Positions 30,588 through 38,120 of a stretch of 38,120 nucleotides of DNA are shown in pieces. The stretch is from a virus, in IMG/VR virus record IMGVR_UViG_3300003322_000327, positions 1-38,120 of that record; one strand, written 5' to 3'. Under the pieces are notes generated by a model. The model made no database searches. It was not told where the DNA came from and saw only the letters and a list, made by a program, of their open reading frames with translations. Position 1 is the stretch's first letter. Every line of letters begins with the position of its first letter. The position numbers and the translations under genes are program-made.

Positions 30588-30913
30588 TAGCCTTTCTCCA
30601 CGCTGCGCAACAGCGCTTGCACAGCCTTTTTACCGTTTCCGAGCAGAATGCGCTTGCGCTCGGTATCGACGCGCATGCCTTTCAGGAAGGTGCGGCCCTC
30701 GCCGTCCTTGCCGCGGCCGACGAAGACGAAAAGCCCGGGCTTGTGAGCCTTAGCCTTGCCCAGCGTGCGCCGCACCTCGGCTGTGTCGAACGATTCGTAG
30801 CTGAAAGCGCGGATGAGCGCCGGGTCGTTCTTGCTGGCCGCGACTTCGATGCCGTCGAAGCCGATGTCGGTGAGGAACTGGGTGAACGAGATGCGCTTGG
30901 TCTTGCGGGTCAT
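30587..30913 (-). CDS. hypothetical protein (108 aa)
   Basis: Start MTRKTK at 30913, SD GAAAGG. Confidence 0.75.
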   Translation of the reverse strand: MTRKTKRISFTQFLTDIGFDGIEVAASKNDPALIRAFSYESFDTAEVRRTLGKAKAHKPGLFVFVGRGKDGEGRTFLKGMRVDTERKRILLGNGKKAVQALLRSVEKG

Positions 30914-30946
30914 GGTTGGTGCCTTTCTAGGCTGAAAATGGAGCTG

Positions 30947-30976
30947 AAACGAAACGGGCCGCACAGAGGCGGCCCG
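30947..30976 (-). terminator. probable intrinsic terminator
   Basis: Minus strand CGGGCCGC-N6-GCGGCCCG-TTTCGTTT. Confidence 0.68.
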
Positions 30977-30987
30977 GGACTCAGGTT

Positions 30988-31746
30988 TTACTTACGCTTC
31001 GGAGCCTTCTTGGCCTTGGGGGCCGGCTTGGTCTTCTTCGGCTCGGCCTTCTTCGCCTTCGGCGCAGCCTTCACCTTCTTCGACTTGGAACCGATCACCT
31101 TGTCCTTGATGGGCTTGATCGCGCCCTTCGGGCCGACCTGGGCGCGCAGGTACTCGATGCTGTGGGGCTCGGTGGCCTGCTCGCCGATCAGGTTCTGCGA
31201 CCACAGGATCTCCAGCTCGGCGACGTTGAACTCGTTCTTGAGCTCCGTGCTGAAGCCGGCCAGCGCCTTCTCCCACGCCTGGCGCTCGATCTCGATCGGG
31301 TCTTCGTCCTCGTCTTCACGGGTCGGGTCCGCCTTCTCGGCCTGGCGCTCCTTGGCCTCCTGGTCGAGCGCGCGCTCGTTGTGCGCATCGTCCTCGGTGT
31401 CACCGTCGTTGTCGACCTTGGTGCCCAGGCCGCTCTCCACGACACCCGACGGGATCGGATCGCCTTCCTTCTGGAAGAAGCGCACGTGGTTGGCCGTCAG
31501 CTGCGACAGCTGGTACAGCGGGTGCTCGATCTCGCCCAGCACCCACGGTCCGAACCGGGCCACAATGTCGTCCGTGGTGAGGATGTCATCGATGGCCTTG
31601 ACGATCGCACCCTTGCCCATCGACGTGAGCTTGAACACGGTGCGGAACTCCTTGACGTCGAGCGCCGTGCTCGTGACGCCGGCGTGGTGGACGATGCGCA
31701 TCGTGGTTTCGACGGCGGCGAACAGCTTCTGTTGAGTCTTCGACAT
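30988..31746 (-). CDS. hypothetical protein with acidic linker and H1-like basic C-terminal tail (252 aa)
   Basis: Start MSKTQQ at 31746 (SD GGAG); tail KKVKAAPKAKKAEPKKTKPAPKAKKAPKRK. Confidence 0.8.
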   Translation of the reverse strand: MSKTQQKLFAAVETTMRIVHHAGVTSTALDVKEFRTVFKLTSMGKGAIVKAIDDILTTDDIVARFGPWVLGEIEHPLYQLSQLTANHVRFFQKEGDPIPSGVVESGLGTKVDNDGDTEDDAHNERALDQEAKERQAEKADPTREDEDEDPIEIERQAWEKALAGFSTELKNEFNVAELEILWSQNLIGEQATEPHSIEYLRAQVGPKGAIKPIKDKVIGSKSKKVKAAPKAKKAEPKKTKPAPKAKKAPKRK

Positions 31747-31850
31747 TTCATTTCTCCAGGTAACCAAGATTACGTTGACGAGGCCGGCTACCAGCATCCT
31801 CGCGCACGCCTGCAGTTGATGCCGCTGCAGGTCGGCTATTGAATTGTGCT

Positions 31851-32078
31851 CTACCTTGGGTAGAGGAAGGCGATGAGCAGGACGATGACGATGAGCGCGG
31901 CTCCGACCAGATCCATCTTGTTCTGGAAGTCGGAGTGGCGCTGCATGGCTCGCTTCTCTGTGTCGAAGTCGTGCCAGAAATCGAGAGCGTCCATCTGCTC
32001 ATCGGTGAGCTCTGAGCCGGAGCGCAAGAGTCGCCGCCACTCCTCACGTTGCTCGAAGGTTGTGTTCGGCGGGATCAT
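31851..32078 (-). CDS. small membrane protein (75 aa, C-terminal TM)
   Basis: ATGA coupling; LVGAALIVIVLLIAFLY. Confidence 0.72.
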   Translation of the reverse strand: MIPPNTTFEQREEWRRLLRSGSELTDEQMDALDFWHDFDTEKRAMQRHSDFQNKMDLVGAALIVIVLLIAFLYPR

Positions 32079-32296
32079 GAAGATTCCAGGTCGGCCTCGA
32101 ATTTGTCCGCCTCGGCATCACGGCCTTGAGCGCGAAGGCCAGTCGCGAAACGGCTGTTGTGCGGGTACTGTGGAAAGATGCCGCCGTTGCAGCGCTGACC
32201 AGCGGGCGCGCGGCACTTGTCGAACGGACAAGCGACGGCGAGTGCGATCTCGTACTGCTCGGCGGCTATGATCGGGTATCCGGGTGCGGGTGTCAT
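32075..32296 (-). CDS. small putative zinc-finger protein (73 aa)
   Basis: Start MTPAPG at 32296 (SD GGAG); AVACP...C.A..GQRC...HNSR resembles the phage CPxCxAxxGxxC..HxxR motif. Confidence 0.68.
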   Translation of the reverse strand: MTPAPGYPIIAAEQYEIALAVACPFDKCRAPAGQRCNGGIFPQYPHNSRFATGLRAQGRDAEADKFEADLESS

Positions 32297-32358
32297 GTAG
32301 GGCTCCAGAAACGGCAAGAGCCGCTAGATGCGGCTACCAGGATTTTGCTGCGGAAAGC

Positions 32359-32384
32359 AAAAGGGGACCACGAGGGTCCCCTTT
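32359..32384 (-). terminator. intrinsic (possibly bidirectional) terminator
   Basis: Minus strand AAAGGGGACC-CTCGT-GGTCCCCTTTT; same loop as the 30272 terminator. Confidence 0.8.
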
Positions 32385-32401
32385 CGGTTGTGCGCTGACG
32401 C

Positions 32402-32674
32402 TCAGTGCCACGCGGCCTTGACCATGCGCTTGAACGCCTGCTCCGGCGTCGTGCCGTGCTGCGTCACGACCTTGTTGCGGTTGCGGCCGATCTTGGCGAC
32501 GCCGACGAACTCGCCGCGGACGTGCTTGATCGTGATCTTCGGCAGGTCCTTGCCGGTCACCGTCACGCGCTTCGGGTGAGCGATGAACCGCACTTCGCGT
32601 TCGTCGCCGCGGCCGAACTTGACGAGCTGGCGAACGATGGGCTTGCCGGTGGAGGTGAGGGATTGCTTGGTCAT
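32402..32674 (-). CDS. putative early protein (90 aa), [ST]xxxA[WFY]x7W family
   Basis: Sole gene between the 32.8-kb promoter and a terminator; motif GTTPEQAFKRMVKAAW. Confidence 0.8.
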   Translation of the reverse strand: MTKQSLTSTGKPIVRQLVKFGRGDEREVRFIAHPKRVTVTGKDLPKITIKHVRGEFVGVAKIGRNRNKVVTQHGTTPEQAFKRMVKAAWH

Positions 32675-32754
32675 GATGATGCCCTTTCTAAGGCTGGATG
32701 ACGCGACGTGCGCCGGATTGAGAAGACGAGGGATTCGGGAAATTTCGGGGTCGC

Positions 32755-32866
32755 CGACCTTCCTCCCACGCCTCCATTTTACACCGAAAAATCGCCCCTG
32801 GGAAGCCCCCTGGGGACGATTTTTGGCCGATTTTGCTTAAAAATTGTGCAAAATCCCCTACTTTTT
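32755..32866 (-). promoter_or_regulatory. putative strong early promoter with inverted repeat and phased A-tracts
   Basis: -10 TAAAAT at 32776-32781 in a block nearly identical to 15380-15415; inverted repeat 32787-32824; A/T tracts at 32819, 32830, 32839, 32850, 32862. Confidence 0.65.
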
Positions 32867-33166
32867 GGCCTCCGGACGGGAATTCCGGGGCTCCACAGGG
32901 GACGAGACCCGCATGGCCTCGAATCGACGCAGGAACGGACGGGCTTTGTGTCGGCACAGGTCCTGGTCGGAGTGCGGCTTCTTCACCACGAACGCTTGCG
33001 CGTGCAGCGCGTCGGCGACGGATCGCAGATGCTTGCCATCGAAGATGAACCAGATGGGGCCGACAGCCAGGCCCCAGTTGACCCGAGTGACGAGCACCTT
33101 GGTCCCCGCCGTCCAGTCAGCGGCCCAGAGCTTGCTGTCTCGGATGCGAGCGTCGTACCAGATCAT
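32858..33166 (-). CDS. hypothetical protein (102 aa)
   Basis: ATGA coupling to the upstream gene. Confidence 0.62.
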   Translation of the reverse strand: MIWYDARIRDSKLWAADWTAGTKVLVTRVNWGLAVGPIWFIFDGKHLRSVADALHAQAFVVKKPHSDQDLCRHKARPFLRRFEAMRVSSPVEPRNSRPEAKK

Positions 33167-33387
33167 GCGTCCTCGGCTCGAATCATGATGCAGCCTGCGC
33201 TGTCCAGCAGCTGCATGACACCGTCGACCGTCTCGCCGACTGCCTCCTTCTTGCCACCGGCGAGGCAGAGGATGGAGCCTCGCTCGCTGACATTGGACGA
33301 TCGATGTACGACCATGTCGATGGTGTCGGCTCGGACGGGGATCTCTCGACCCTCGGCATCGTGAAAGATGAGGAACTTGATGCTCAT
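33163..33387 (-). CDS. small protein, FlbD/SwrD-like pattern (74 aa)
   Basis: Start MSIKFL at 33387 (ATGA overlap); EIPVRADTIDMV...SILCLAGGKKEAVGETVDGVMQLL resembles FlbD-family spacing (tentative). Confidence 0.6.
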   Translation of the reverse strand: MSIKFLIFHDAEGREIPVRADTIDMVVHRSSNVSERGSILCLAGGKKEAVGETVDGVMQLLDSAGCIMIRAEDA

Positions 33388-33743
33388 GGCTGAACCTTTC
33401 GCGCCTTGCGACGCATGATGCCCTTCCAGTACTCGAAGCCGTGACGCTTGTACCAGGCGGTGAGCTGGTCCTTGTCGAGGCGCTTGTCGATGGCGGGGAT
33501 GACCTCGAGCAGGAGGTCGATGCCCTTCACGTCCGACTCGATGGTGATCTCCCGCAGCAGCTGCGAGCCGTAGCCTTGACCGCGCCACGGAGCGGGCACG
33601 TTGATCCTGGTGATCAAGTATCCCTCTCCGTAGTACTCGCAGAGGTCTGCAATGGCGACGTTGACGTCACTGAGTCGGATCGTGAAGCAGCTCTTCATCC
33701 GCGGCTTCTCGATCATCGGGTCCCACATCGGATCGGCGCTCAT
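33384..33743 (-). CDS. GNAT-family acetyltransferase
   Basis: Motif A ITRINVPAPWRGQGYGSQLL and motif B L.AWYKRHGF. Confidence 0.88.
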   Translation of the reverse strand: MSADPMWDPMIEKPRMKSCFTIRLSDVNVAIADLCEYYGEGYLITRINVPAPWRGQGYGSQLLREITIESDVKGIDLLLEVIPAIDKRLDKDQLTAWYKRHGFEYWKGIMRRKARKVQP

Positions 33744-34451
33744 TCAGAACTCCAGCGTGTCGAGGTAAACGAAGCCGGAGCCGGCTTTCAGCGCTTCCTG
33801 CACGCGCGCGGCTGAGGCCTCGCGCCATCCGAGGATGTTGTAGTTGACGTAGTAGGACGGTGTCTTGTCCTTCTTCGAGCTGCGTGAACGCTCGGCGTAG
33901 AATTCGTCTACGAACTTTTGTGCCACCTCCGACTTGGCGTACGCTCGATAGCCATCGATCTTACGATCGCTGAAGCTGTCGTGTTCTTCGACTTCGACGA
34001 TGAACAGCATCGTTTGGGTCGAATCGATCTTGAGCAGCTGGCGCTCGCGCGCCGTCAGCTTGGCGATCGCTGCCTGCCGTTCGATTTCCTCGGTCGCGAC
34101 CACCATCGGCGTCGCCTCGAACTGGGACTCGACCTTGTAGATCGTCACCACCTCGTTGTCAGGGATGAGGAACGAGAAGCCGTTGTCGTCTCGACACGTC
34201 ACGAGCTTTGTCGCTTCGGCAAGCGACAGACGCTCGGCGTAGTCGAGCTTGTTGTTCTCGGGGTCCTCCATGAGCCAGTGGCGGCCGCTGTTCTCGTCAT
34301 AGGCACAGAGCTGCCCCTTCGAGTTCGCGACCACGTAGAACGTGGACTTGGATGAGAGCTCGAAGCCCAAGCGCTTCTTGTGCTTGGGCTGGTGACGCTC
34401 GGCCGGGAATGCACCCTTCTTCGTCTTGGTCTTGGTCTTGGTGGACATCAT
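33744..34451 (-). CDS. hypothetical two-domain phage protein (~235 aa)
   Basis: ATG at 34451 after SD AAAGGA; basic N-terminus. Confidence 0.8.
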   Translation of the reverse strand: MMSTKTKTKTKKGAFPAERHQPKHKKRLGFELSSKSTFYVVANSKGQLCAYDENSGRHWLMEDPENNKLDYAERLSLAEATKLVTCRDDNGFSFLIPDNEVVTIYKVESQFEATPMVVATEEIERQAAIAKLTARERQLLKIDSTQTMLFIVEVEEHDSFSDRKIDGYRAYAKSEVAQKFVDEFYAERSRSSKKDKTPSYYVNYNILGWREASAARVQEALKAGSGFVYLDTLEF

Positions 34452-34482
34452 ACTTCCTTTCAATCAACAGGTTGAGAAAACT

Positions 34483-34800
34483 TTAGAGGACGTTGTAGCG
34501 CTTGCAAGCAAGAATCGATCGCCGCTTGCGACTGAGCGCCTGTGCTCTCTTGCGCTGCTTCACCATCATCTGATGGCGGGCGAAGACTTCCATGGCCGCA
34601 TTCCACTTCTCAGTGACTGGCATGATCTGGAGAATGCGACCTGTTGCTCTATCAAGCACGTTCACGGGTGTACGCCTGACGACCTTGGTCTTGTAGTAGG
34701 GCTCGGGCTCCCGGTCCACAGCTTTCGGATCGGTGATCGTCTTCACCCAGAAGCTGGGTGCCAACGTCACGGTGTCAAGAAAGCGAATCACTCCGCTCAT
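34483..34800 (-). CDS. basic hypothetical protein (105 aa)
   Basis: ATGA coupling, SD AAGGAG. Confidence 0.72.
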   Translation of the reverse strand: MSGVIRFLDTVTLAPSFWVKTITDPKAVDREPEPYYKTKVVRRTPVNVLDRATGRILQIMPVTEKWNAAMEVFARHQMMVKQRKRAQALSRKRRSILACKRYNVL

Positions 34801-35138
34801 TGCGACTCCTTCACGATGGATCGAATGTCGTCTCGGAGATCCAGCATCGTCCGGCTATAGACCGGGTCGTTCCGATCTTGACCGGCTGCGAGATCGATCA
34901 TCTGGTTGCCGGTCAGGCGCCCCATCTCCGGGTCCAGGTTGTCGAGGATCGCACCCGTCCAGAACTTGGACTCGAGGCTCCTGAGCACGAACTCGATGTC
35001 GTCGGTCGACGCTTGGTGATCCCAGTTCACCTCGTACTTGTACGTCAAGGTGATGAGGAGCATGATCGATCGCCAGCTGCAGTAGTGCACGGGCTCGGGA
35101 TACAGCGGCGTGCTGGTGATGAGCTTGGGTCTGGTCAC
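34797..35138 (-). CDS. hypothetical protein (113 aa)
   Basis: GTGA coupling to the ligase stop, SD AAGGAG. Confidence 0.72.
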   Translation of the reverse strand: MTRPKLITSTPLYPEPVHYCSWRSIMLLITLTYKYEVNWDHQASTDDIEFVLRSLESKFWTGAILDNLDPEMGRLTGNQMIDLAAGQDRNDPVYSRTMLDLRDDIRSIVKESQ

Positions 35139-37030
35139 AGCTTCAACTCCTTGAACGTGCAGACGCGGCAGCCCTTCTTCACCGCAGCGTCGACCTTGGA
35201 ACTGGCCTTGCCGTCTTCACGGTACAGGAGGATGTGCGTCCTGCCGCCGAAGGACACGACCTCGCCGCCGGCTTCGGTGACCGCGGCTTCTTCATCCTTC
35301 GATCGGTAGCCCGTCCACGACACGCACTTGCCAGTCAGCGTGCCCTTCGCAGGGCGCTTGATGGCGGGCAACGAGCCATCGACGTTCATGTACTGCTTGT
35401 ACATCTTGAGGTGCGGACGGAAGGCAGCAACACCCTTGACGACTGCTGCGGCCATCTTGTCGTCGAAGCCGAAGACGCCGGCCACCAGATTCGCCAACTG
35501 CAGATCCTTCTTCGCAGCACTGAGGGCGACGAGCGAGTCCATCGAAATCCCACCCTGTTCGAGCTGCGACAGCTTGCGCATGCCGACGCCAACCGGGAAG
35601 CACGTCGAAGCAACCATGAGCTGCTTCATCGGGATCTTATGACGACTCATCTCTCCGCCGAGCTTCGCGTAGAACTCGGCTTCGATCTTGCCCGCTGTCT
35701 TGTCGCCGACGCCAGTCAGAACGAGCTTGTTGGCCAGAGCCCTGTTCCACCAGGCTTCGAGCCACGACTCGACGGTCGGGAACCGGAAGAGCACCGATTC
35801 GATCGTCTTCGTGCCCACGAGTTCGATGCCCATCGTGGTCATGAACTTGTGGATGTTCAGGACCTTGATTCGATTCGCCGTGTTGGTCGACGCCTCCGCA
35901 ACCACGAAGTGCTTGCCCTTCAATTCGTAGCCGATCTCCGGGTACTGGATCTTCGCAGCCTTGACGACACCGACGATCTTCGGGATGACGCCGCCGGAGC
36001 GAACGATCTTGATCTTGGCACCCGGCCCGATCTTGTTGTCGATCATCCACTGCGCATTGTGCACTGTCGCGTGCTTGATGGTGACGCCGCCGAGGCGCAC
36101 GGGTTCGATCTCGACCTTGGGGACGATGCGGCCGTGGCCTGTCACCTGGTATATGATGCGCTTGACGTTGGCTTCGACCGTCTCGTCCTCGGCGTTGACC
36201 TTGAACGCCACGATGTCCTTCGGCTTGTCCGCGTTCTTGTAGTCCAGCTCGAACTCCATGTCGGCGATGACGATGCCGTCGATGGAGTACGGGCTGACCT
36301 TGCGTCTTGCATTCAGGAACGCGGTGAGGCGCTCCGGCGTCGGGTTCGCCAGGTCGTAGTGGAACACGGTGTCGAAGCCGAGACCACGGAGCTGCGGCAG
36401 GCCCGTGCTCAGCTTGGAGCCGAAGAGACCGAGGCAGATGATGTCGGTGTGACACAGCGCCATCTGCTCGTCTGGCGTCGGCTCGCCCGTCATCGAGCGG
36501 TTGAGGATGCCGGCCACGAGGTTGCGTGGATTGTCGTACTTCTTGAAGTAGATCTTGTCGAAGACCTTGTCCTTCATCACGGCTTCGCACCGGATGTGGA
36601 CTTCGCCCTTGAGCGCCACCTTCTTCGGAATCTTGAGCCACGGGATGAGGAAGCTGATGTCGCCACCGATCGTGCCGTCGCCGCGAGTGACAGCCTGCAC
36701 CGGCTTGCCGTCATTCAGCGTCAGGAGCAGGGCCGAGCCGTCCAGCTTGTCCATGGCGAAGACAGACTTGCGGGCCTTGACCCACTTGGAGCTCTGCTCC
36801 GGGTAGACCTTGTGGAGGCTCGGCATCGGACGCGCCAGAGCCGCCTTCATCTTCTTCGACTTGACGGCGGTGCCCGTCTTCCGAAGCTCGGACCACGCTG
36901 GGGCCTTGGCCTTGATCCTGTCTTCCAGCTTGTCGAACTCGGCGTCGGTCATGACCGGCTTGCCCTGCTCGTAGGCGACCTTCGCGCGCTTGTACAGCAT
37001 CTTCTGCTGTGCGAGTGTGGTGTGATTCAT
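35135..37030 (-). CDS. ligA: NAD-dependent DNA ligase
   Basis: Domain Ia AY..G.P.MTDAEFD, motif I KLDG, TRGDG, RCE, NPRN.VAG, DGIV, AFK, OB-fold HNA and RSGGVIP, HhH repeats, C-terminal BRCT (LTGKCVSWTGYR...GG). Confidence 0.95.
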   Translation of the reverse strand: MNHTTLAQQKMLYKRAKVAYEQGKPVMTDAEFDKLEDRIKAKAPAWSELRKTGTAVKSKKMKAALARPMPSLHKVYPEQSSKWVKARKSVFAMDKLDGSALLLTLNDGKPVQAVTRGDGTIGGDISFLIPWLKIPKKVALKGEVHIRCEAVMKDKVFDKIYFKKYDNPRNLVAGILNRSMTGEPTPDEQMALCHTDIICLGLFGSKLSTGLPQLRGLGFDTVFHYDLANPTPERLTAFLNARRKVSPYSIDGIVIADMEFELDYKNADKPKDIVAFKVNAEDETVEANVKRIIYQVTGHGRIVPKVEIEPVRLGGVTIKHATVHNAQWMIDNKIGPGAKIKIVRSGGVIPKIVGVVKAAKIQYPEIGYELKGKHFVVAEASTNTANRIKVLNIHKFMTTMGIELVGTKTIESVLFRFPTVESWLEAWWNRALANKLVLTGVGDKTAGKIEAEFYAKLGGEMSRHKIPMKQLMVASTCFPVGVGMRKLSQLEQGGISMDSLVALSAAKKDLQLANLVAGVFGFDDKMAAAVVKGVAAFRPHLKMYKQYMNVDGSLPAIKRPAKGTLTGKCVSWTGYRSKDEEAAVTEAGGEVVSFGGRTHILLYREDGKASSKVDAAVKKGCRVCTFKELKL

Positions 37031-37032
37031 GT

Positions 37033-37380
37033 TCAGTCCTGGAAGCTGTCTTCGTCTTCATTGTATTCATTGAGCTCGTGCTCCGACGGAGGTGCTGCCA
37101 CCGTGATCTTGATCGCCTCCGTGTACCAACGCGCTCTACACTCGCGGGGCGCACCCTGCGCGAACTCGGGGAACAGATTGATGAAGGGTTCCTTCACATT
37201 CCGGAGCACACGGGCCATCACCTGCGACTGCTGGTCCCTGCTCAGCTGATCGAAGCCGGGGACTTCGACGAGGGCATGAGTGACCGGGCGCACGTCGCGA
37301 TGCAACTGACGCAGAACGACGATGAGGGTGCGGGTCGTGATCGCGCTGGGCACGATGGCGGGCATTTTGGATTCGGTCAT
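37033..37380 (-). CDS. hypothetical protein (115 aa)
   Basis: Start MTESKM at 37380 (ATGA overlap, SD AAGGA). Confidence 0.72.
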   Translation of the reverse strand: MTESKMPAIVPSAITTRTLIVVLRQLHRDVRPVTHALVEVPGFDQLSRDQQSQVMARVLRNVKEPFINLFPEFAQGAPRECRARWYTEAIKITVAAPPSEHELNEYNEDEDSFQD

Positions 37381-37670
37381 GACAACAGTTCCTTCGGATT
37401 GAAATTCAGGACAGCGGCCTGGATGCTGTGGGCCTTGAACGTGTTCTTGATGACGCCGCTGCTGTCGAACCAAAACGACCCGCACTTGGAAAGAAAGCGC
37501 GCGCAATGTCGCGCCTCGGCGCGGGTCAGCCGCCGGTGATGGGTATCGAGCTTGGTGAACATGACGCCGTCGTTGAAGGGCTCGACGCAAAGGATCTCGC
37601 CATAGTTGCTCTTGATCGTCAGCATGTAGTACGACTTGAGAGCACCACGGAGTGTCTTCGGCTGATTCAT
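37377..37670 (-). CDS. hypothetical protein (97 aa)
   Basis: ATGA coupling, SD AAGGAG. Confidence 0.75.
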   Translation of the reverse strand: MNQPKTLRGALKSYYMLTIKSNYGEILCVEPFNDGVMFTKLDTHHRRLTRAEARHCARFLSKCGSFWFDSSGVIKNTFKAHSIQAAVLNFNPKELLS

Positions 37671-37927
37671 TGCAACTCCTTGTATGGAGAGTTGGGCGGG
37701 TACTGGACTTCCTCACCACGTTCGTTGACGCAGACAACTGGCTTGTCCAGCCCGTCGCTCGAAGCGAAGTAGTGATGATCGATGCAGTACAGCACGTCCT
37801 CACGGTACGCCTGGTGATCATAGATCACCGACGTTTCGTTTCGGTGACGCGTCGCATCGACGATGACCGGGATCATGAGCATCATGATCGAGACGACGAT
37901 GAGGGTCATGCCGATCTTGTTCTTCAC
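37667..37927 (-). CDS. small membrane-anchored protein with two Cys (86 aa)
   Basis: GTG start at 37927 (GTGA overlap, SD AAGGAG); N-terminal TM; paralog of the upstream gene. Confidence 0.72.
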   Translation of the reverse strand: MKNKIGMTLIVVSIMMLMIPVIVDATRHRNETSVIYDHQAYREDVLYCIDHHYFASSDGLDKPVVCVNERGEEVQYPPNSPYKELQ

Positions 37928-38120
37928 GGCTGCTCCTTCGGCGGTGCCTTGATCGAGTTGGGCGGGATCGCGACCGGCTGGCCGTCCTTGAGGCACGTCA
38001 CCGGTTGACCGATGCTGTCCGACGTGAACTCCCAGTCGTGGGCGATGCACCAGTTGACGTCGTCATGGTAGTCGTCCACATCGTAGACTCGATCTTCGTT
38101 GTGCCACGCGATGGCGGCTA
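37924..38120 (-). CDS. partial paralog of 37667-37927 (start outside window)
   Basis: Not in the ORF track. ...AAIAWHNEDRVYDVDDYHDDVNWCIAHDWEFTSDSIGQPVTCLKDGQPVAIPPNSIKAPPKEQP*. Confidence 0.72.
   Translation of the reverse strand, partial: AAIAWHNEDRVYDVDDYHDDVNWCIAHDWEFTSDSIGQPVTCLKDGQPVAIPPNSIKAPPKEQP

Noticed and set aside
32688-32957. ORFs crossing the 32.7-32.9 kb AT-tract region
   Set aside because: They overlap the promoter island, lack an SD and have atypical composition.
1-38120. tRNA/rRNA genes, integrase, transposase, introns/inteins, stop-codon reassignment
   Set aside because: No cloverleaf or T-loop context was seen in the intergenic gaps; no recombinase/transposase motifs; gyrA, gyrB and ligA are uninterrupted and of compact length; genes close normally with TGA, TAA and TAG. 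This was a scan by eye only.

Overview
This window looks like part of a large, GC-rich (roughly 60-65% by eye), probably jumbo tailed dsDNA phage genome. About 65 tightly packed genes all lie on the minus strand and are often coupled by ATGA/GTGA/TGATG overlaps; the long plus-strand ORFs are antisense shadows. Recognisable genes: NAD-dependent DNA ligase, a GyrB/GyrA-type topoisomerase II pair (GyrA lacks its C-terminal domain), an HNH nuclease, a GNAT acetyltransferase, a J-domain (HPD) protein, a KGG stress protein, an MHFG-family PEP-CTERM-like exported protein (suggesting a betaproteobacterial host) and several histone-H1-like or extremely acidic proteins. Less obvious signals: a probable divergent sigma factor, a recurring (A/G)ACYSTAAATA T4-late-like promoter motif in front of the basic/stress genes, two matching A-tract-flanked early promoters that fire into a hidden paralog family, duplicated hairpin+RBS leader cassettes, an RHH-RAMA protein, and a 2H-phosphoesterase (Acb1-like) protein whose catalytic histidines appear to be lost. 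No tRNA, rRNA, CRISPR array or integrase was seen. All family assignments come from motif recognition by eye, with no database search.
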